This document shows positions 1 to 13,200 of a DNA stretch of 64,000 nt, one piece after another. Under the pieces are notes generated by a model, which saw only the letters and a list, made by a program, of their open reading frames with translations, had not been told where the DNA came from and searched no databases. How positions within the stretch are numbered: the stretch's first letter is position 1; every line of letters begins with the position of its first letter. The DNA comes from Camelus dromedarius (Eukaryota): the NCBI RefSeq assembly GCF_036321535.1, contig NC_087437.1:40798001-40862000 (forward strand), written 5' to 3'. The position numbers were made by a program, and so were the translations under genes.

Positions 1-1917
1 AGGTGTTCTAATGAAAACCGGACAGAGCCTTCAGACAGGATGGAGTTTTGCTACTTAGATTGACTGGTTAAGTCAGGTCAGCAGGGAGAAGCAAAGAAAC
101 AGACAAACAAAACAACCTGTGTGAAGAGCTTGGCTCAGCTAATCCAAAAACAGGTCTGATGTTGCTGGGTTTGTTTTTTTTTTTCAAACACCTGTGATAT
201 TTTTCCTCCAGGGATTTAAACTGTAAAAATGGAGTTGGCAACCTCTCTTTGAATTTTCCCCTAGGATTCTGTGCTTCAGGGAAAACCCAGCCTGGGTCAA
301 TGGCCTGGAGAATTGTCCTGAAGAGTCACCTGCCCTGGCATCTGTCACAGGGACCAGCAGTCAGGGGGCAGCCCTGCTGCCAGGGACAGAGAGCAGGGCA
401 GACTGAGTCTGCTGTTAGCCTGTGACCATGGAAAGGAGACCTGTGTAGTCAACCTGCAGGACACCAGCACCATCGTTTGTTTTGCTTTTAAACTCTGTTT
501 GAGCCACTATGTAATCTGCCCCAAGTGATTGATCGTTTTGAGGAACTGATTGGCACTTGAGTTTCTTGGGTCTCTTTTTTGTGTTCCTGGAATTCAGAGC
601 ACCAAAAATATCATTTTACTCTGTCTCATGTTATATCCTTTTGAGATGTCTACAACATAGGCATTTTGTAGAAAACCTAAGGGTCAACACTAATATAGAA
701 CTGACTTTAAAAAAGCAAGAGGACACCAAAATTCTCTTTGTTCCACAAAACGTATATTTACTCCCGCTATATTTATCAGCGAGCGTTTCACTCACTGTGT
801 GTCACCATTTGAGGGAACAAAGGCATCTTTCTGGCTCTAGTAATCTCAGGATACCCAGTGGCTATAGTGGGCTTGGCCTGCCGACCAGCTCCAATGAACC
901 TGGTTTTTGTTTCAGTTTTCCATTTTGTTTATTCCTCCACTGTAGTAATAGCCAGCATTGGAAGAGGGCCTCACTGCTCCTACAGCGCTGTTACATGCAC
1001 TGCCTAATCAAACCCTCGCAGTATCTACAGAGTACGTTGAGCAGAATATTAGTAGGAGCCCGTCTGTGGCGAGTCACATACTGGTTTCACCATCATATCA
1101 CGTGGATCTGGTTGCCTTGGTGTGGTTCTGGGTCATACGCTTTTTTTACCTATAAAAAGGGTGTACAAAATGAGACAAAAAGTAGGAAAGAAAGAAAAGG
1201 AGGAGACATTGGGTAAGAGAAAGCAGAGAATGAAGATAGGTCGGGGTGTTAAAGTAACGCCTAAGTGTTTAACCAACTGGGAGGCTCAGCTGTCGGAGTT
1301 GAACACTCCATCAGGTGGACTTGCCGACTCCCTTCTCTGACCTATCACAAGGCCAGAAATGACCTGAGCATCTCGTGGGGGCACTTACTTCAGTATCTGC
1401 TGCCTGAGCTGATTACCATGGATGATTTATAACACTTCCTCCTGAATGGAGGAGTTCTTGTATTTTTATATGTATGAATCTCACTTGCCTGTTCTTGTCA
1501 TAAAATAACTGGTAACAAATAACGCCTTCCGACAATCTAATTTTCTCTTGCCTAGACAATTTCAAATAGCATTAGGGAGAATATTTTTCCACTAAATTGA
1601 TTGAATTAGTGAGTTGCTTTGGTAACATGCCTACTGTATTATAATTTAGTGAACTAATTGTTTTCCCAAACTCAGGGAAGGTAGACCCTTGCTCTGTGCA
1701 CAGCACCAGTGGCAAAGACTAACTGTTGCTTTCTCCCTCGTGTGTTCTGAATTTTTTTTTAAAAAATAGGAGATTGTCTGGAAATCTCTAGAAAATCATG
1801 CCACATTAGCTTCTATATTATTATTCACTTTGATATTTAATTATTTGCTGCCTTTAACATTGTTTCAAGCATCTATGGCTTAGCTCACTGACTCAACTGA
1901 AAACTCAAGGACAGGGC

Positions 1918-2292
1918 TGTGGACTAAATTATGTCTCCCTGAATCCATATGTTGAAGCCTTCAAAATGTCACTGTATTTGGAGAAAAGGCCTTTCAAAGA
2001 AGTAATAAAATTAAAATGAGGCTGTTAAGGTGGGCCCTAATCCAATCTGTGTCCTTATGGAAAGAGGAGATTAGAACATGTGCGGAGGGATGTGAGGGAT
2101 GGACACACGTAGAGGAAAAGCCACATGAGGACACAGCTAGAAGGCAGCCATCTGCAAGCTGAGGAGAAAGGCCTCAGAAGAAACCAAATCTGCTGGCATC
2201 TTGGTTCCAGATTCCAGAACTGTGAGAAAATCTGTTGGTTAAACCACCCAGCTGGTGGTATTTTGTTATGGCAGCCCGAGCAGACCAGTGCA
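1918..2292 (+). mobile_element. MaLR solo LTR (MLT1A/MLT1B-like)
   Basis: Starts tgtggactaaattatgtctccc; contains gggccctaatccaatc...gtccttat and ends gtggtattttgttatggcagcccgagcagaccagtgca, as in the MLT1 consensus. Confidence 0.85.
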
Positions 2293-2599
2293 GACAGTGA
2301 CACACTTCTCTGATGCATCCTGCCCCATGGTGCCTCACAGAATGCTCAGCACACGATTTAGATGGCACTTAATAATACCATGTGCATTTATTTTAATTTT
2401 TATTTTTTAGTATTTAAGAAAATCTGTTCATGAAACCTCTAACATAATTCACTCCATATGCAGTTATTTCGGTTTGTTGGCCGTCAGTTCTCTATCTTCA
2501 GTAACAAAGACTAAATCATCTGTTTGAATAGATAGTGTAGGTCCATGGCGAATATTTTAAGCATTGTGAAATGCTGTATAGTTAAAGGTAAACCTCACT

Positions 2600-2691
2600 T
2601 GCACCTCAGTCCATCCACACTCTTTCCTGGAGGCTGTCATCATCACCAGTGAGGGGTTTGTCTGTCTTTCCAGATACCTTCTTGCTTAAAA

Positions 2692-2733
<42 letters not shown>

Positions 2734-3600
2734 CATACATTATAGATATATAACTTACATATTTATGCACATATATGCTTTATGAAAATCTCACTATATA
2801 TACATATAAATATATACCCTCCTCTCTGATTTTCTTTTCTGTTATTTTTAAACAAATGATAGCCTAATGCACATATATCTACTTTTTAAAGAGCATAAAT
2901 TTAACAATATATCTTGGGAGTGGTTCCACATAGGACATCCAAATCCACCACATTCTCTGTAACTTACTTTGTTACACTTACTTTAAATGCATTATCCTCC
3001 CTGCTTCCTCCCTAAATAACCTACACACTTCACATGGATAGCCACATGGAGCACAAACAGGAAATGTAACTTCTGAAGAAGCTCATTCTTGCTGCCATTT
3101 CTTGATAGGAATATTTGAATGGTTTAATCAGGCACTAAAGCTGAAGACATTAAACAGAAGGGCACAGTTTTTAGGCAGTCCAGATAATCGGGAATAGTCA
3201 CAGCCAGACTTTCTCAGACTAACCGCATGTGCTTCTAGTCAGTACAGTAACTGCAGGTACACACCAGCAATCATATTTATAGCCGGTGTGCCCTCTGACT
3301 TTATTATGCAATTAATATTGTACCAAGAAATAATACAATTTTTAAATAATCATGCATAAATTCACTAGGCTGGAAAACCAAAGTGTTTTTCCTTGCTCCC
3401 TACTAGTACTTGTTCATTTGTATACATAGTTTGATAGTTTTGATTACAAATCAGAGCAAATATGTATTCTGCTTTTTACTCAAAGTGAATCATAAGCACT
3501 GCTATTTGTTACTATGTTCATATAATAATAGTTTTACATGGTTGCATAATAGTCTATCCAGTTGATGTATTGTTTCCTTTAACTTAAAAGATGGACAACT
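2600..3600 (-). mobile_element. Highly decayed L1M (L1ME-like) fragments
   Basis: AT-rich patches resembling reverse-strand old L1 3' regions (ttgcataatagtctatccagttgatgtat). Confidence 0.45.
2693..2730. repeat. (TG)19 microsatellite
   Basis: Direct reading. Confidence 0.97.
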
Positions 3601-4019
3601 ATGTTATCTGAGCTGTAATTAAAGATTACAAGAAAATCAATCTGACACATATTAATAGTATATATAAATGTTATTGAGCTACAATGTAATTGATTACAAA
3701 ACGGAGAGCAGCTGACATAAATTATAGCAACTATTCTCTATATCTTATGAAATCAAAACATTTTAGGAGAGAAGCTATAGAAAAGGAAACTGTTCAGCTG
3801 CCCTCCTGAAAAAGGAATAGACCTTTCTGTTCCTTTAAGCATTGGTTTCAGAAAATGAAGCTGCATTGTTTTTCCTTTCCTGCAGCTGGACCTCTACTTG
3901 TACAGAGGTGGAGGGAGCAAAATTGTGAATTGTGTTCCTCAAATCAGATTAGGTTTATTAGACTAACTTCCTAACAACTAGCCATCAATTCTTATGAATA
4001 ATTAATGGTCTTCTTTAAC

Positions 4020-5050
4020 TGATTAACTTAGAGAATATGTATTGAGCACCTATCATATGCTGGATGTGAAAACATAGAGAAGAAGATAACCTCTGCTCCC
4101 TTAGTGTTTACAGTCTAGGCAAGGTGTAGAACAGTAACCAAATAAAGTAATTACAAGCTTTAGGAAGTGCTAAGAAAGAAATAAACAGGGCACTATCACA
4201 GATAGAAGTGAAGACGGGGCATCCTTCAGATAGGTGATCAGCAAAGCCTCTCTGAGTGAGTCACATCGACACTGAAGCTTGAAGAAGAAAGAGTCAGCCA
4301 ACAGAGAGGAGGAGAAAGAGGGAACAGTGGGGCAAAGGCTATAAGGCATGGTGAAACCCAGCAGGTTGACTGTGGCCAATGGGACTGCAGTGCGCTGGGC
4401 AAGAGGAAGGCAGCCCTGGGTGAGGTGGGGAGGAGGGCAGAGCCCCACCATGCATGACGAGGACACCATGGAAAGAACCTAGATTTCATTGTATGTACAA
4501 TGGGAAACCAGATGTAGGTTTTAAGCAGGTGAGTGGAATAACAGAAACCATGTTTAAGAAAGAACTTTTGGCTGCTGTGTGGAAAATAGATTTGGGGGGA
4601 GGTCAAGAGTGGCAGTGGAGAGAATAATTTGGAAGACGTTGGTGTCACCCCTATGAGAGGTGACAATGGCTGGAACCTCAGTGGTGGCAGAGGTGATGGA
4701 GACTAAGGGATGGGTGGATTTCCATCAGAGATAGAACTGACAGCGGAAATGGCTGTGAAGGATGAGGGAAAAGGAAGATGTCAATAATGACTTTGGGGCT
4801 TCCAGGGGGCCCCAAATTTAGAAGTCAAAGGCAGGAAATCAAGAGTTCTCTTTGGATCTTTAAGTTGGAGATGCCTTATGAGACATCCAAGTAGCATTGT
4901 CAGCTCAGCAGTTAGACATATGAGGCTGAGATCAATTTGGGGGTTGTCCGCAGTCTGATGATATTTAAAACCTGAAGACTGGATGAGACCCTGAAGGATA
5001 ATGTGTAGTTGGGAAGTGAAGGGGGCCCAGGACTGAACCTGTAACCTTCC
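4020..5050 (-). mobile_element. LINE-2 3' portion
   Basis: atgtattgagcacctatcatatgc; aagcctctctgagtgagtcacat; tgagacatccaagtag; gggggcccaggactgaacc, all collinear with reverse L2. Confidence 0.85.
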
Positions 5051-6589
5051 CAAAGATGCACAGTGTTGACCAGAAGTAAATCCCCACCTGGTGGGACCTC
5101 AGGCTCTCCAAGGATTCATCATGTAGTCATTATTAACTGCCTTCTCCATGTCTGGGAAACTATCCAGGGAAATTTTTTCCTTTCAGGTATTTTAGTTTCT
5201 TTCCTGCCCATCTCTCTTAACCTTGGTATCCTCTGACCCTAGGAACCCTCCTATGAGAAAAAGAGAAGCAAGTGTGGACAAGGTTGTTCACGCTTAGAGA
5301 CCCTGTGGCCTGTCACCTTTAGCAGTTGTACGTTGGAAGCTCTGAACGGCTGCCAGAGTATTTTGCCATTTGCTTCTCTGTTTTCAGGGGTATGAGTAAC
5401 AACAGTGGGTCCTCCCTGAGAGCCAGAACCCCCCCAGGCTCTAACTTCTGCATCTTCCAGTAGCTTGTGGGTCAGCACTTCACAGCTTAGATGCTCTATA
5501 GTGAGACTATAAAGTAAGGAGTCAGAAGGGACCTTTGAAAGCAAAAAGTGTAAGCCTCCCATTGTACAAATGACAGGATTGACCCACCCGGGCCCCCACC
5601 CTATGAAATGGAAGGTATTTCAGGTTTCATTTCAGCAATCACTGATCAAGCAAAGCTCATCAGCCTTCATTCAATCCAAGAGATGACTTCGCTGTGGATC
5701 CTAAGAAAAGACCAGTGCAATGTTTAAACCTCTCTAATTGGAAAAAGAAATTGAGAGCATTTCCAGGCCTGAAGCACAGGTATGCTGAGAAATGCCTGAC
5801 TAGTGCTGCACTTCCTCCCAGCCTGAAGAAATTAGGTAGATTCTGTATCCTGGGTGATCTCCAATGTGAGACCTGCATCGCAGAGTGTGCAGGCTCCGAG
5901 TATGCTGTACTGTGAGTGACCATAAAAAGAAGGCAAGAGGGCCTGTAAATTAGAGAGATGGGTTTTGCATTGGCCTCAGGAAACCCCAAGCTACACAAAA
6001 GGCACCATCTCCACGTGGCCGAATAACAATAGTTTGACGTGTTAAATAATCGATAAAGCTTGCTCTTCCATAAAGACTTCCATAAAAACAAGAACCAGAG
6101 GATGTAATGAATTCAGGGGGAAAGGATACTGTTTAATCCTTTCTGAGAAATGTCTGATGAGACCAACACGCACTGTTTTCTGATTCTGTCTTCTCCACCT
6201 GATATTTTGCACTTGACTTATATGAAGAAGTATTTCAATGCCTGTTTGTAATTTCAGTGAATTGAGGCACATACTCTTCCTCCTAGGATGTCAAGATTCT
6301 TAAATTTTGGGTGCAGCAGGAGCTTTAAAGATAATTTAGTGCATCTCTCTTACTTTCCAAAGACAAAACTAGAGAGTAAGGGGCTTGGTCAAAATTACAG
6401 TGATTAGAGAGACAGGCCCACCATCCAGGACACATGATGGATAGCCCTGCTTTTCCCATTGTTTGAATTCAAACTAGTAGAGAGCTGCTTGACATGGGTG
6501 AGATTTTGTTTTCTTTGTTAACTGTTTATTTTATACAACTTTGACTTTTCATTCTATTAAGAACTTGTGGGGACACAGGAAAAAGGAAA

Positions 6590-7080
6590 AGATACTTGGC
6601 AAGTAATCACTGTTAGCATTTTAATGTATTGCTTCCCAGTTTTTTTTTCTGTGCGTATTTTAAAATAATTGTTATTTAGTGTGTTTAATGTAATTTTCAT
6701 TTTTTCAGTTAATATAAGCATTTTTAATGAATGCAGAATATTCAGGCAAATGGATTTACTATAATTCACTGAATGTTTCTGTGGTTGTTGGGCGTTTAGG
6801 ATGATTCCAGGTTTTTGCTACTGTATATAACAATATTTTTATATGATATGTACATTTCTTATGGCATATAACTTTCCTGACAGATTATACCTTCAATATG
6901 GAACTCCTGAAATGGAATTAAACAGCCATGATTACTACTACTTAAATAGTCACAGAGTCATCGGATTCACTCTTGCTTTACACCATTAAGTGTAATCATT
7001 AAAAATATTTGCTAATTTCCTCATCAAAAATGGCAATGGTTTGAGCTCTCACTTCTTTTATGGCTGCCGAGTCCTCTTCT
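6590..7080 (-). mobile_element. Old L1M fragment
   Basis: ttgttgggcgtttaggatgattccaggtttttgctact...cctgaaatggaatt resembles reverse L1 ORF2 end. Confidence 0.55.
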
Positions 7081-7189
7081 ACACATCTTTACTCTTCCTA
7101 CCTTAAGCTTTTAGTTGCTTATAGTTCCCTGAACACAACAGCCTACTCCATGGATCTTGTTTTTAGATCTCTTATGATAAAATAGGAAC

Positions 7190-7296
7190 CCCAAAGATAA
7201 GGTATTTTGTTCATCTATAGGTTCCCAGGATCTTGCCTAGCACACAGTGGGTGCTCAGTAAATATGTATTTAACAAATGGGTGAATGAATGAATGA
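7190..7296 (+). mobile_element. LINE-2 3' end
   Basis: gcacacagtgggtgctcagtaaatatgtatt...gaatgaatgaatga tail. Confidence 0.8.
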
Positions 7297-8469
7297 GCAC
7301 ATGAGGCTGGACAGTGCCCCCGTGTTTGTTTAGTCGCTGTGATTTCTGAGTGCACTGCCTGGTTATGTCCTTTGTCCATTTATTTATCATTGCTTTTTAT
7401 TGATTTTTACTAGTATTTTAATATGAGAAAATAGAAACTCTTTGCCTGTCACATTTGGGCCAATAATTTTTTCCAGCCTATAGTTTGCTTCATATTTTCA
7501 AATAGAGAGAAGGTGGGCTAGTAAATATGTTATCTCTTGCTGCATTTTGTCTACTTAAAAGGTGCTAAGAAGATGGTGGCAGGGGCGGGGGCCAGGTGGG
7601 AATGAAGAAAGAGAGGAGGGGAAAAGAGAGAGGGAGGGAGAGCAGAGGGGAGAGGAAGAGAAGAGAAGAGAATTCTAAGGTAATGAGTTCTGAATTCTGA
7701 GAAAAGTCTAGACAATTTGGTTACTCTGTTGAAGCAGATTTCATGGGTCGACTGTGTGAAAAGAGTAACTGTGTCGACCACATTTCTCACCCTCTGAAGC
7801 TGAAAAGGTCAACCAGCCCCTGCATGCAGTGGAAAACAAATTCTCCTCCTCCATATAGAGAAGTAGGTTTCCATTAAAAGATACACAGAGAGACTGAGTA
7901 ATTTCTTAATCTATTCCATTTGTAAATGAGAAAGGAAAACACTCAGTAGTTGTCCTTAAATCGTTAGTGAATCAACCCTGCCCGCAGGAAACAAACCCAT
8001 ACCACCCTGTTTCCATTGAAAGGAGAAAAAAGACTCCTCTTGCTTTTTTTCCCTTTTGTTGTCAGATGTGCTTTTCATGTTTTTAAAAACATATCAAAAA
8101 TTGTATAATAATATTGTCCCTCTGAGTCTGTTGCTGGATTTGCAAACTTTAATGTTTTTCTGGTTAATATTTTATAAAGCAGACAAACTCATAAAATGCG
8201 CCCTGTCAGGAGCCTTCAAGATAACATCAGCCCCCTCTAATCAAAGTGGAATTACCCAAGATTGTTGGATCTACTTTTTGGAAGAGGAGATTTCTGATTC
8301 ACAAGCAAAAACAAAATCAAATACACCCTCCTCCCCTCAAAAAACCAAACCAAACAAACAAAACCAAAAAAAACAAATAACAACAAAACTCCAGAGCCTA
8401 GGAGGTGGCTCTGAACACATATTTGAAAGATGAATAAATGATTGGCGTTGCCCTACCTTGGATGGTGGT

Positions 8470-8905
8470 TGTTTCCAATGTGTGCCCCCAGAACCACTCT
8501 CCGTCCTCTACCTAATTTGCTGCCTGGGAGGCTGACCCACTCAGGCCACATCAATGGGCTCCCTTCACCTGTGGCTTTCTGGGTGGGTTCAGCCAATGAG
8601 GAGTCCCAGAGGAGTTTGGAGGGATGGAACAGAGTGAACTTGGGATATTGATTTCCTTGGCATCCTCCCTGCGAGATTGCCTTCAGCTGGCTGCTTTCCA
8701 GAGGTCGCAGCACCTGTCAGGTGATGCTCTCGCCTGGTCCAGGTTCCAGTGGTCCCCTGACCCTCATCCCTTCTGCCTAGGAGCTCTGTGCTGTCCCTCA
8801 TAGTTCCTTCTCTGCACCCTGCCCACACCTTAGTGAATGCACCTTTATTAAACTCTCCTTGAATTACCTGATCTGAATGTGTCAGCCATTTCCTGCTGGT
8901 ACACA
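8470..8905 (+). mobile_element. ERVL solo LTR (LTR33-like)
   Basis: gggaggctgaccc...gggctccct...gggttcagccaatgaggag...attaaactctccttgaattacc. Confidence 0.7.
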
Positions 8906-11173
8906 ATTGGTATGAAAGGTCATGGGGTGTGTGCATGTTGTAGTGGCTGCTCCCTAAAATTCAGCCTGCCGTCTGCGCACCAACCTGTGTGCCCTGGGGG
9001 GAGAGGGGCCTTCTCCTAATGCACATACAGGAGGGTGTGGGCTTGTGGCCCCTTGGGCTGAGTGTATGTATATGAGGCTCAGCTTTTTAAAGAAGAAAAT
9101 CTGCTGATAGATCCATCTTCGCTGTTGTCCCTCCCTCCCTGCTTATCCTGTGAGCTGTAGCTTTGTCTGTAGCCTGAGTGAGTCATTTCTACCCACAGCT
9201 GCAGCCACAAAAGCAGTAACAAGGTGTGTGTGTGTGTGGGGGGGGTGGCGTCCCCATTGCTCTCCAAATGTTGACTGCTTTGGCTGTTTCTACAGAAGCA
9301 GAAAGACCACAAACCAATAACACTTCCTCTGGTTGTTGGGTGTTTTGTTTTCACTTGTTCCTTCAGTTGTGTTGTCATGCAGACTTGCTCTCACCCAACA
9401 CATCCTCTCCCTCGCGTGATGCACAGTGGGCAGAACCAGCTCTAACCACTGCCATCTTTAGTGTGGACGATGAAAGCTGATCTAGAGGACAGAGCACACC
9501 TCAGTGCAGTGAAATGACCTGCCCTTACCTCACCCCTCTCCCTGGTGGGATGTGAGACCCAACCCTGTGGGTGGGCTTGGGCTTCCAGCCCCTTTGTTGT
9601 CCAATTTCCCTTGCCAGTCATCACTGATGATTTTAATTGACTTCACAACTTCTGCCTCAGCGCCTGGAATGCTCCCAAGGAAGGATGCTGTAAACTGCAC
9701 GTTAGAAATAGGATGTGTCACTCCATTCTGTCTGTCTTCAGTGACTGAGGGTGTGCTGGCTGTGGGGAGGGAAGGAGACAGTCACCTCTCCTCATCCACA
9801 CACAGGAATTGACAGTTACCTGGGTTACTAGACTGGGCTAAGTTCCCCAGATCCGACTTGGTTGTTCCGTTCAGATATTGATTTCTATTTTCCTCTCCTC
9901 TGTGCTTTCTGAAACTCATCTGACCCTCTGACTATTCAGCTCCTCGTGCAGCACAGGCTTCTCCCTATAATGCTCATGTCGAACTGATTTTAGATCAGAA
10001 TCCAACAGATCCTTTCAGCAGTACTCAAAGAGATGAAATCTCTAGCTGCAGACTGTTCTTGCTGCTGAAGAGAGACTGGCTAGATTTCAGCAGCAATAAT
10101 TAATTTCAAAGAAATTTTCCATCTCCAGGCCTTTGCATCTCATTAATTATTTTCAAGGTAGATTGAATTTGCTTTACAGGATCTTAGAATCCCACTTTGC
10201 AATAAGCAATTTAATGTGAAATTGCTGACCTGTACTTGCCTAATCTAGCCATGGATTCGTAATCCTTCTACAATTTAGAGTTACATCATCTTAGAGCTGC
10301 AACTGAGTTTCCACTAGCATAATGATCACTTTTTTTTTAACCTGTAATGAGCAGCAGTATTACTGAAGTGCACAGGAAAGCTTCAGCTAGTTACTGAGAA
10401 TTACAGAATATCAATCGTCGACTTCTATGCTGTGGGCGGGTGGTAGCATATTAGAAAATGAAACTGTAGGTCATTTGGGGAAAATATTTCAGTGAAATCC
10501 ACCAACCTGGGTGATGTGCTGAATCTTAAACCAGAAAGAAAGAAAACCAAACCAAACCAAAAAAATGATTGTTCTTCTCTTTGAAGGACAGATAGCAACA
10601 ACTTTAAATGCTAAATAGCATCGTCCTAAATCCTGGCAGGTGCCCCTCAGGGACTGTTGTCTGAACTGCCAATCAAGTCACTTGCTTTCCTGCCCTCTGT
10701 CCTTCCTGCCTTTTGCACCTTTCAGTCAGTGTTCTGCAGTGATTAATAGAGAGTTGTCAGCCTTTTATTTCAAAAGACTTCTCTATAATATTAGAACTAT
10801 ATTAGGGTTATTTACAAATCAATCTGCATTATGGCTTAATATCATCACACCTATATGGCAGCCAGTGGTAGGCAGAATCTCTAAACTTTTGACTTATTTC
10901 TAAGTTAGGTCCTTTCTGCTTCAAAGGTTGCCAAGTGCTTTAGAAACCGATTCCCCTGGAGGCCCCTTGATCCTCTGTGTGAAGAAACAGTCACAGCAGT
11001 ACAAAAGAGTGTGCATGGGGAGTCAGGAAGATAGTGGATGAAGAGCCCACAGTCCAGTGAGACAGGAGATGTGCGCGTTTAGGAGCACCCTTACCCTGAG
11101 ATGGAACCCAGAACTTTAAGAAGGGTTCCTGTCGGGTGGGGCTGAGGTTCCCGGAAAGGAGAGGGTAGATCCC

Positions 11174-11260
11174 CAGTGGTTCTCAACCAGGGCAGTTTTG
11201 TCCCCCTGGGGACATCTGACAATGTCTAAAGATGATTTGGGGTGGCATAACTTATGGGTG
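11174..11260 (+). mobile_element. MER20 (hAT-Charlie) 5' half
   Basis: cagtggttctcaaccagggcagttttgtccccctggggacatctgacaatgtct. Confidence 0.8.
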
Positions 11261-11443
11261 GACACTAGGCTCAAAACAAGAGCATGGCTTAAAGCAGTCT
11301 TAGGCCGGGAGCTGATGGATCCAGGCATTTACCTTCCTCTCTCACCAGTTCCCGCCTGCCTCCTGATTGCACATGGGTCCTCATACCACGTCCACCTCTA
11401 AGGTCTCCTGTTCACTCCCAACCTCCCCACCCAATCCTGAGCA

Positions 11444-11537
11444 CAATGTTTCCCCACTCGGCACCACGGGCATCATGGCTTTGTTGGGGAGGGGCGCCCT
11501 GTGTCTTGCAAGATGTTAGGCAGCTTCCCTGACTCTG
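11444..11537 (-). mobile_element. MER20 3' half, opposite orientation
   Basis: ctcggcacc...ctttgttggggaggggcgccctgtgtcttgcaagatgttaggcagcttccctg matches the reverse complement of the MER20 3' half. Confidence 0.65.
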
Positions 11538-11582
11538 TAAATCACTTCCTCCTTTTGTGCCTCACTTTCTTCATCTGTTAAA

Positions 11583-11990
11583 TCAGTCAGTTATTCAAAT
11601 GACAAATATCTATATTCTAGGAGCTTCCTTGGACTTGAGGATACCACAGTGAAGATGTCCCTGCCCATAGTTAGCTTACATTCTGTGGGGGATAACATGA
11701 TAAAAACATAATTAAATAGAAATTTAACATATTATCAGGCAGAGAGAAGTACTATGAATAGCAATAAGCAAAGGAAGGGATAGAGAGTCATAGGAGCTAT
11801 TCTTTTAGCCAGGAACATCAGGGAGGGCCTCTCTGAGGAGGTGACATTTCAGTCCTGAATGGAATGTAGGAGCAAGCCATGGAGTTGTGATGGAAGGGCA
11901 TTCCAGGCAGAGAGAATAGAGAGGGCAAAGGCCCTGAGACAGGGGTGGGCTTGGTGTCCTCAGACCAGTGGGGCAGAGGGAGTGGCAAGG
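11583..11990 (-). mobile_element. LINE-2 fragment
   Basis: gagggcctctctgaggaggtgacattt...gcattccaggcagagagaatagagagggcaaaggccctgag. Confidence 0.85.
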
Positions 11991-12107
11991 GCTCAACCCA
12001 CTGTTTTGTTCTAAGAGAGGAACCTTTGGGAAATTTCAAGAAAAACACATGGATTAGAGGAGTGTCTTCTGTGGCTGAGATTCTGCTGGCTGAGGAGCAG
12101 CTGTAGT

Positions 12108-12272
12108 CAGTTATTCTGAGCCCTAGTTGCACACTGGGGTCACCTGGGCTGCTCTGTGCACAGGTTCCCCCCAAGACCAACTAAAATCAGAGCCTTTTGG
12201 GGGTGAGATCATCAATATTTTATAAAAGTTCAGCAGTCAATGCTAATGGGTTGCCAGAGTTGAGGGCTTCTG
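12108..12272. mobile_element. MER5-like hAT element
   Basis: cagttattctgagccctagttgcacactggggtcacctggg...gccagagttgagggcttctg. Confidence 0.6.
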
Positions 12273-12645
12273 ATTTAGATGAACCCAGCGGCAAGAAATA
12301 AAATCTTTGTTAGGGGTTAGGAGGAAGGTAGCAGTTTCTTCCTGCAGTAAGAAGGTCTTTGTGTTTGAGCTGGGTGGGGAGGACTTGGACATAGAGAACC
12401 AGGCGCGGTGGGGGCGGCAGGTTCCCGATGATGAGGAAGCAGGCTGGCCTCTGAGGGCAGGTGTGGGGAGCCCAGCACACCAATACTGTGGCATCTGGAC
12501 TGGGCTCACCCCGCGGAGCCAGGCCTCTGAAGCAAGGGGCTAGAAGTGGTTTATGTCTGAGCTTGCTTCACTTTCAAATTTCCCTCAGTCTGCTTTTGTG
12601 GCCTTGATCGTTCAGCTTGCGCTTGCCTCCTGCTTTGTCCCTGGA

Positions 12646-12668
12646 GTGCACGCGCACGCGCGCGCGCG

Positions 12669-12711
<43 letters not shown>
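12646..12711. repeat. Alternating purine-pyrimidine tract including (CG)10(CA)17
   Basis: Direct reading. Confidence 0.97.
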
Positions 12712-12714
<3 letters not shown>

Positions 12715-13029
12715 TTTTTCTTGGCTTTTTAACTGAATGACAATTACTAGGAACAGGTGCCATTAATCAATCCCCCTTCTCATACCCATGCCAGATCAGA
12801 TTTCCACGTGTGATGATTATGACTCTCCTAGTAGCCAATAGTATTTACCAGGCAAGAGGAAACCCTGCCTTAAAAGAGCCGTGCCTTGCCTCAAATGGCA
12901 GCCTGTAGTGGACATGTGTTGGGAAAGTGATCTACCGGGAATGGAGAAACCTCCCAGCCATAGGCTGAGGGACAGACCTCAGCTTTACAACCATGAAAAA
13001 ACGGGAACTTTCTCTTGCCATGTACTGTT

Positions 13030-13200
13030 TCAAGTAAGTTCATCAAGAAGGAGTTTAGACCTCATTCTGTAATTCAGACAGGAAGCCATCACAGGTTTTT
13101 GGCAGAGAAGTGACAAGATTTCCCTTGTTGAGCAATTCTGTAGGAAGGTTGATCTTTCAACAACATGTAGGATGAATGGGGGTGAGGTGGGGAGATCACA
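13030..13200 (-). mobile_element. LINE-2 fragment
   Basis: aaggagtttagacctcattctg...ggaagccatcacaggtttttggcagagaagtgacaagat. Confidence 0.6.

Noticed and set aside
557..1216. Longest ORF in the track (219 aa)
   Set aside because: Non-ATG start, Leu/Ser/Cys/Phe-rich composition typical of non-coding frames, no recognisable domain
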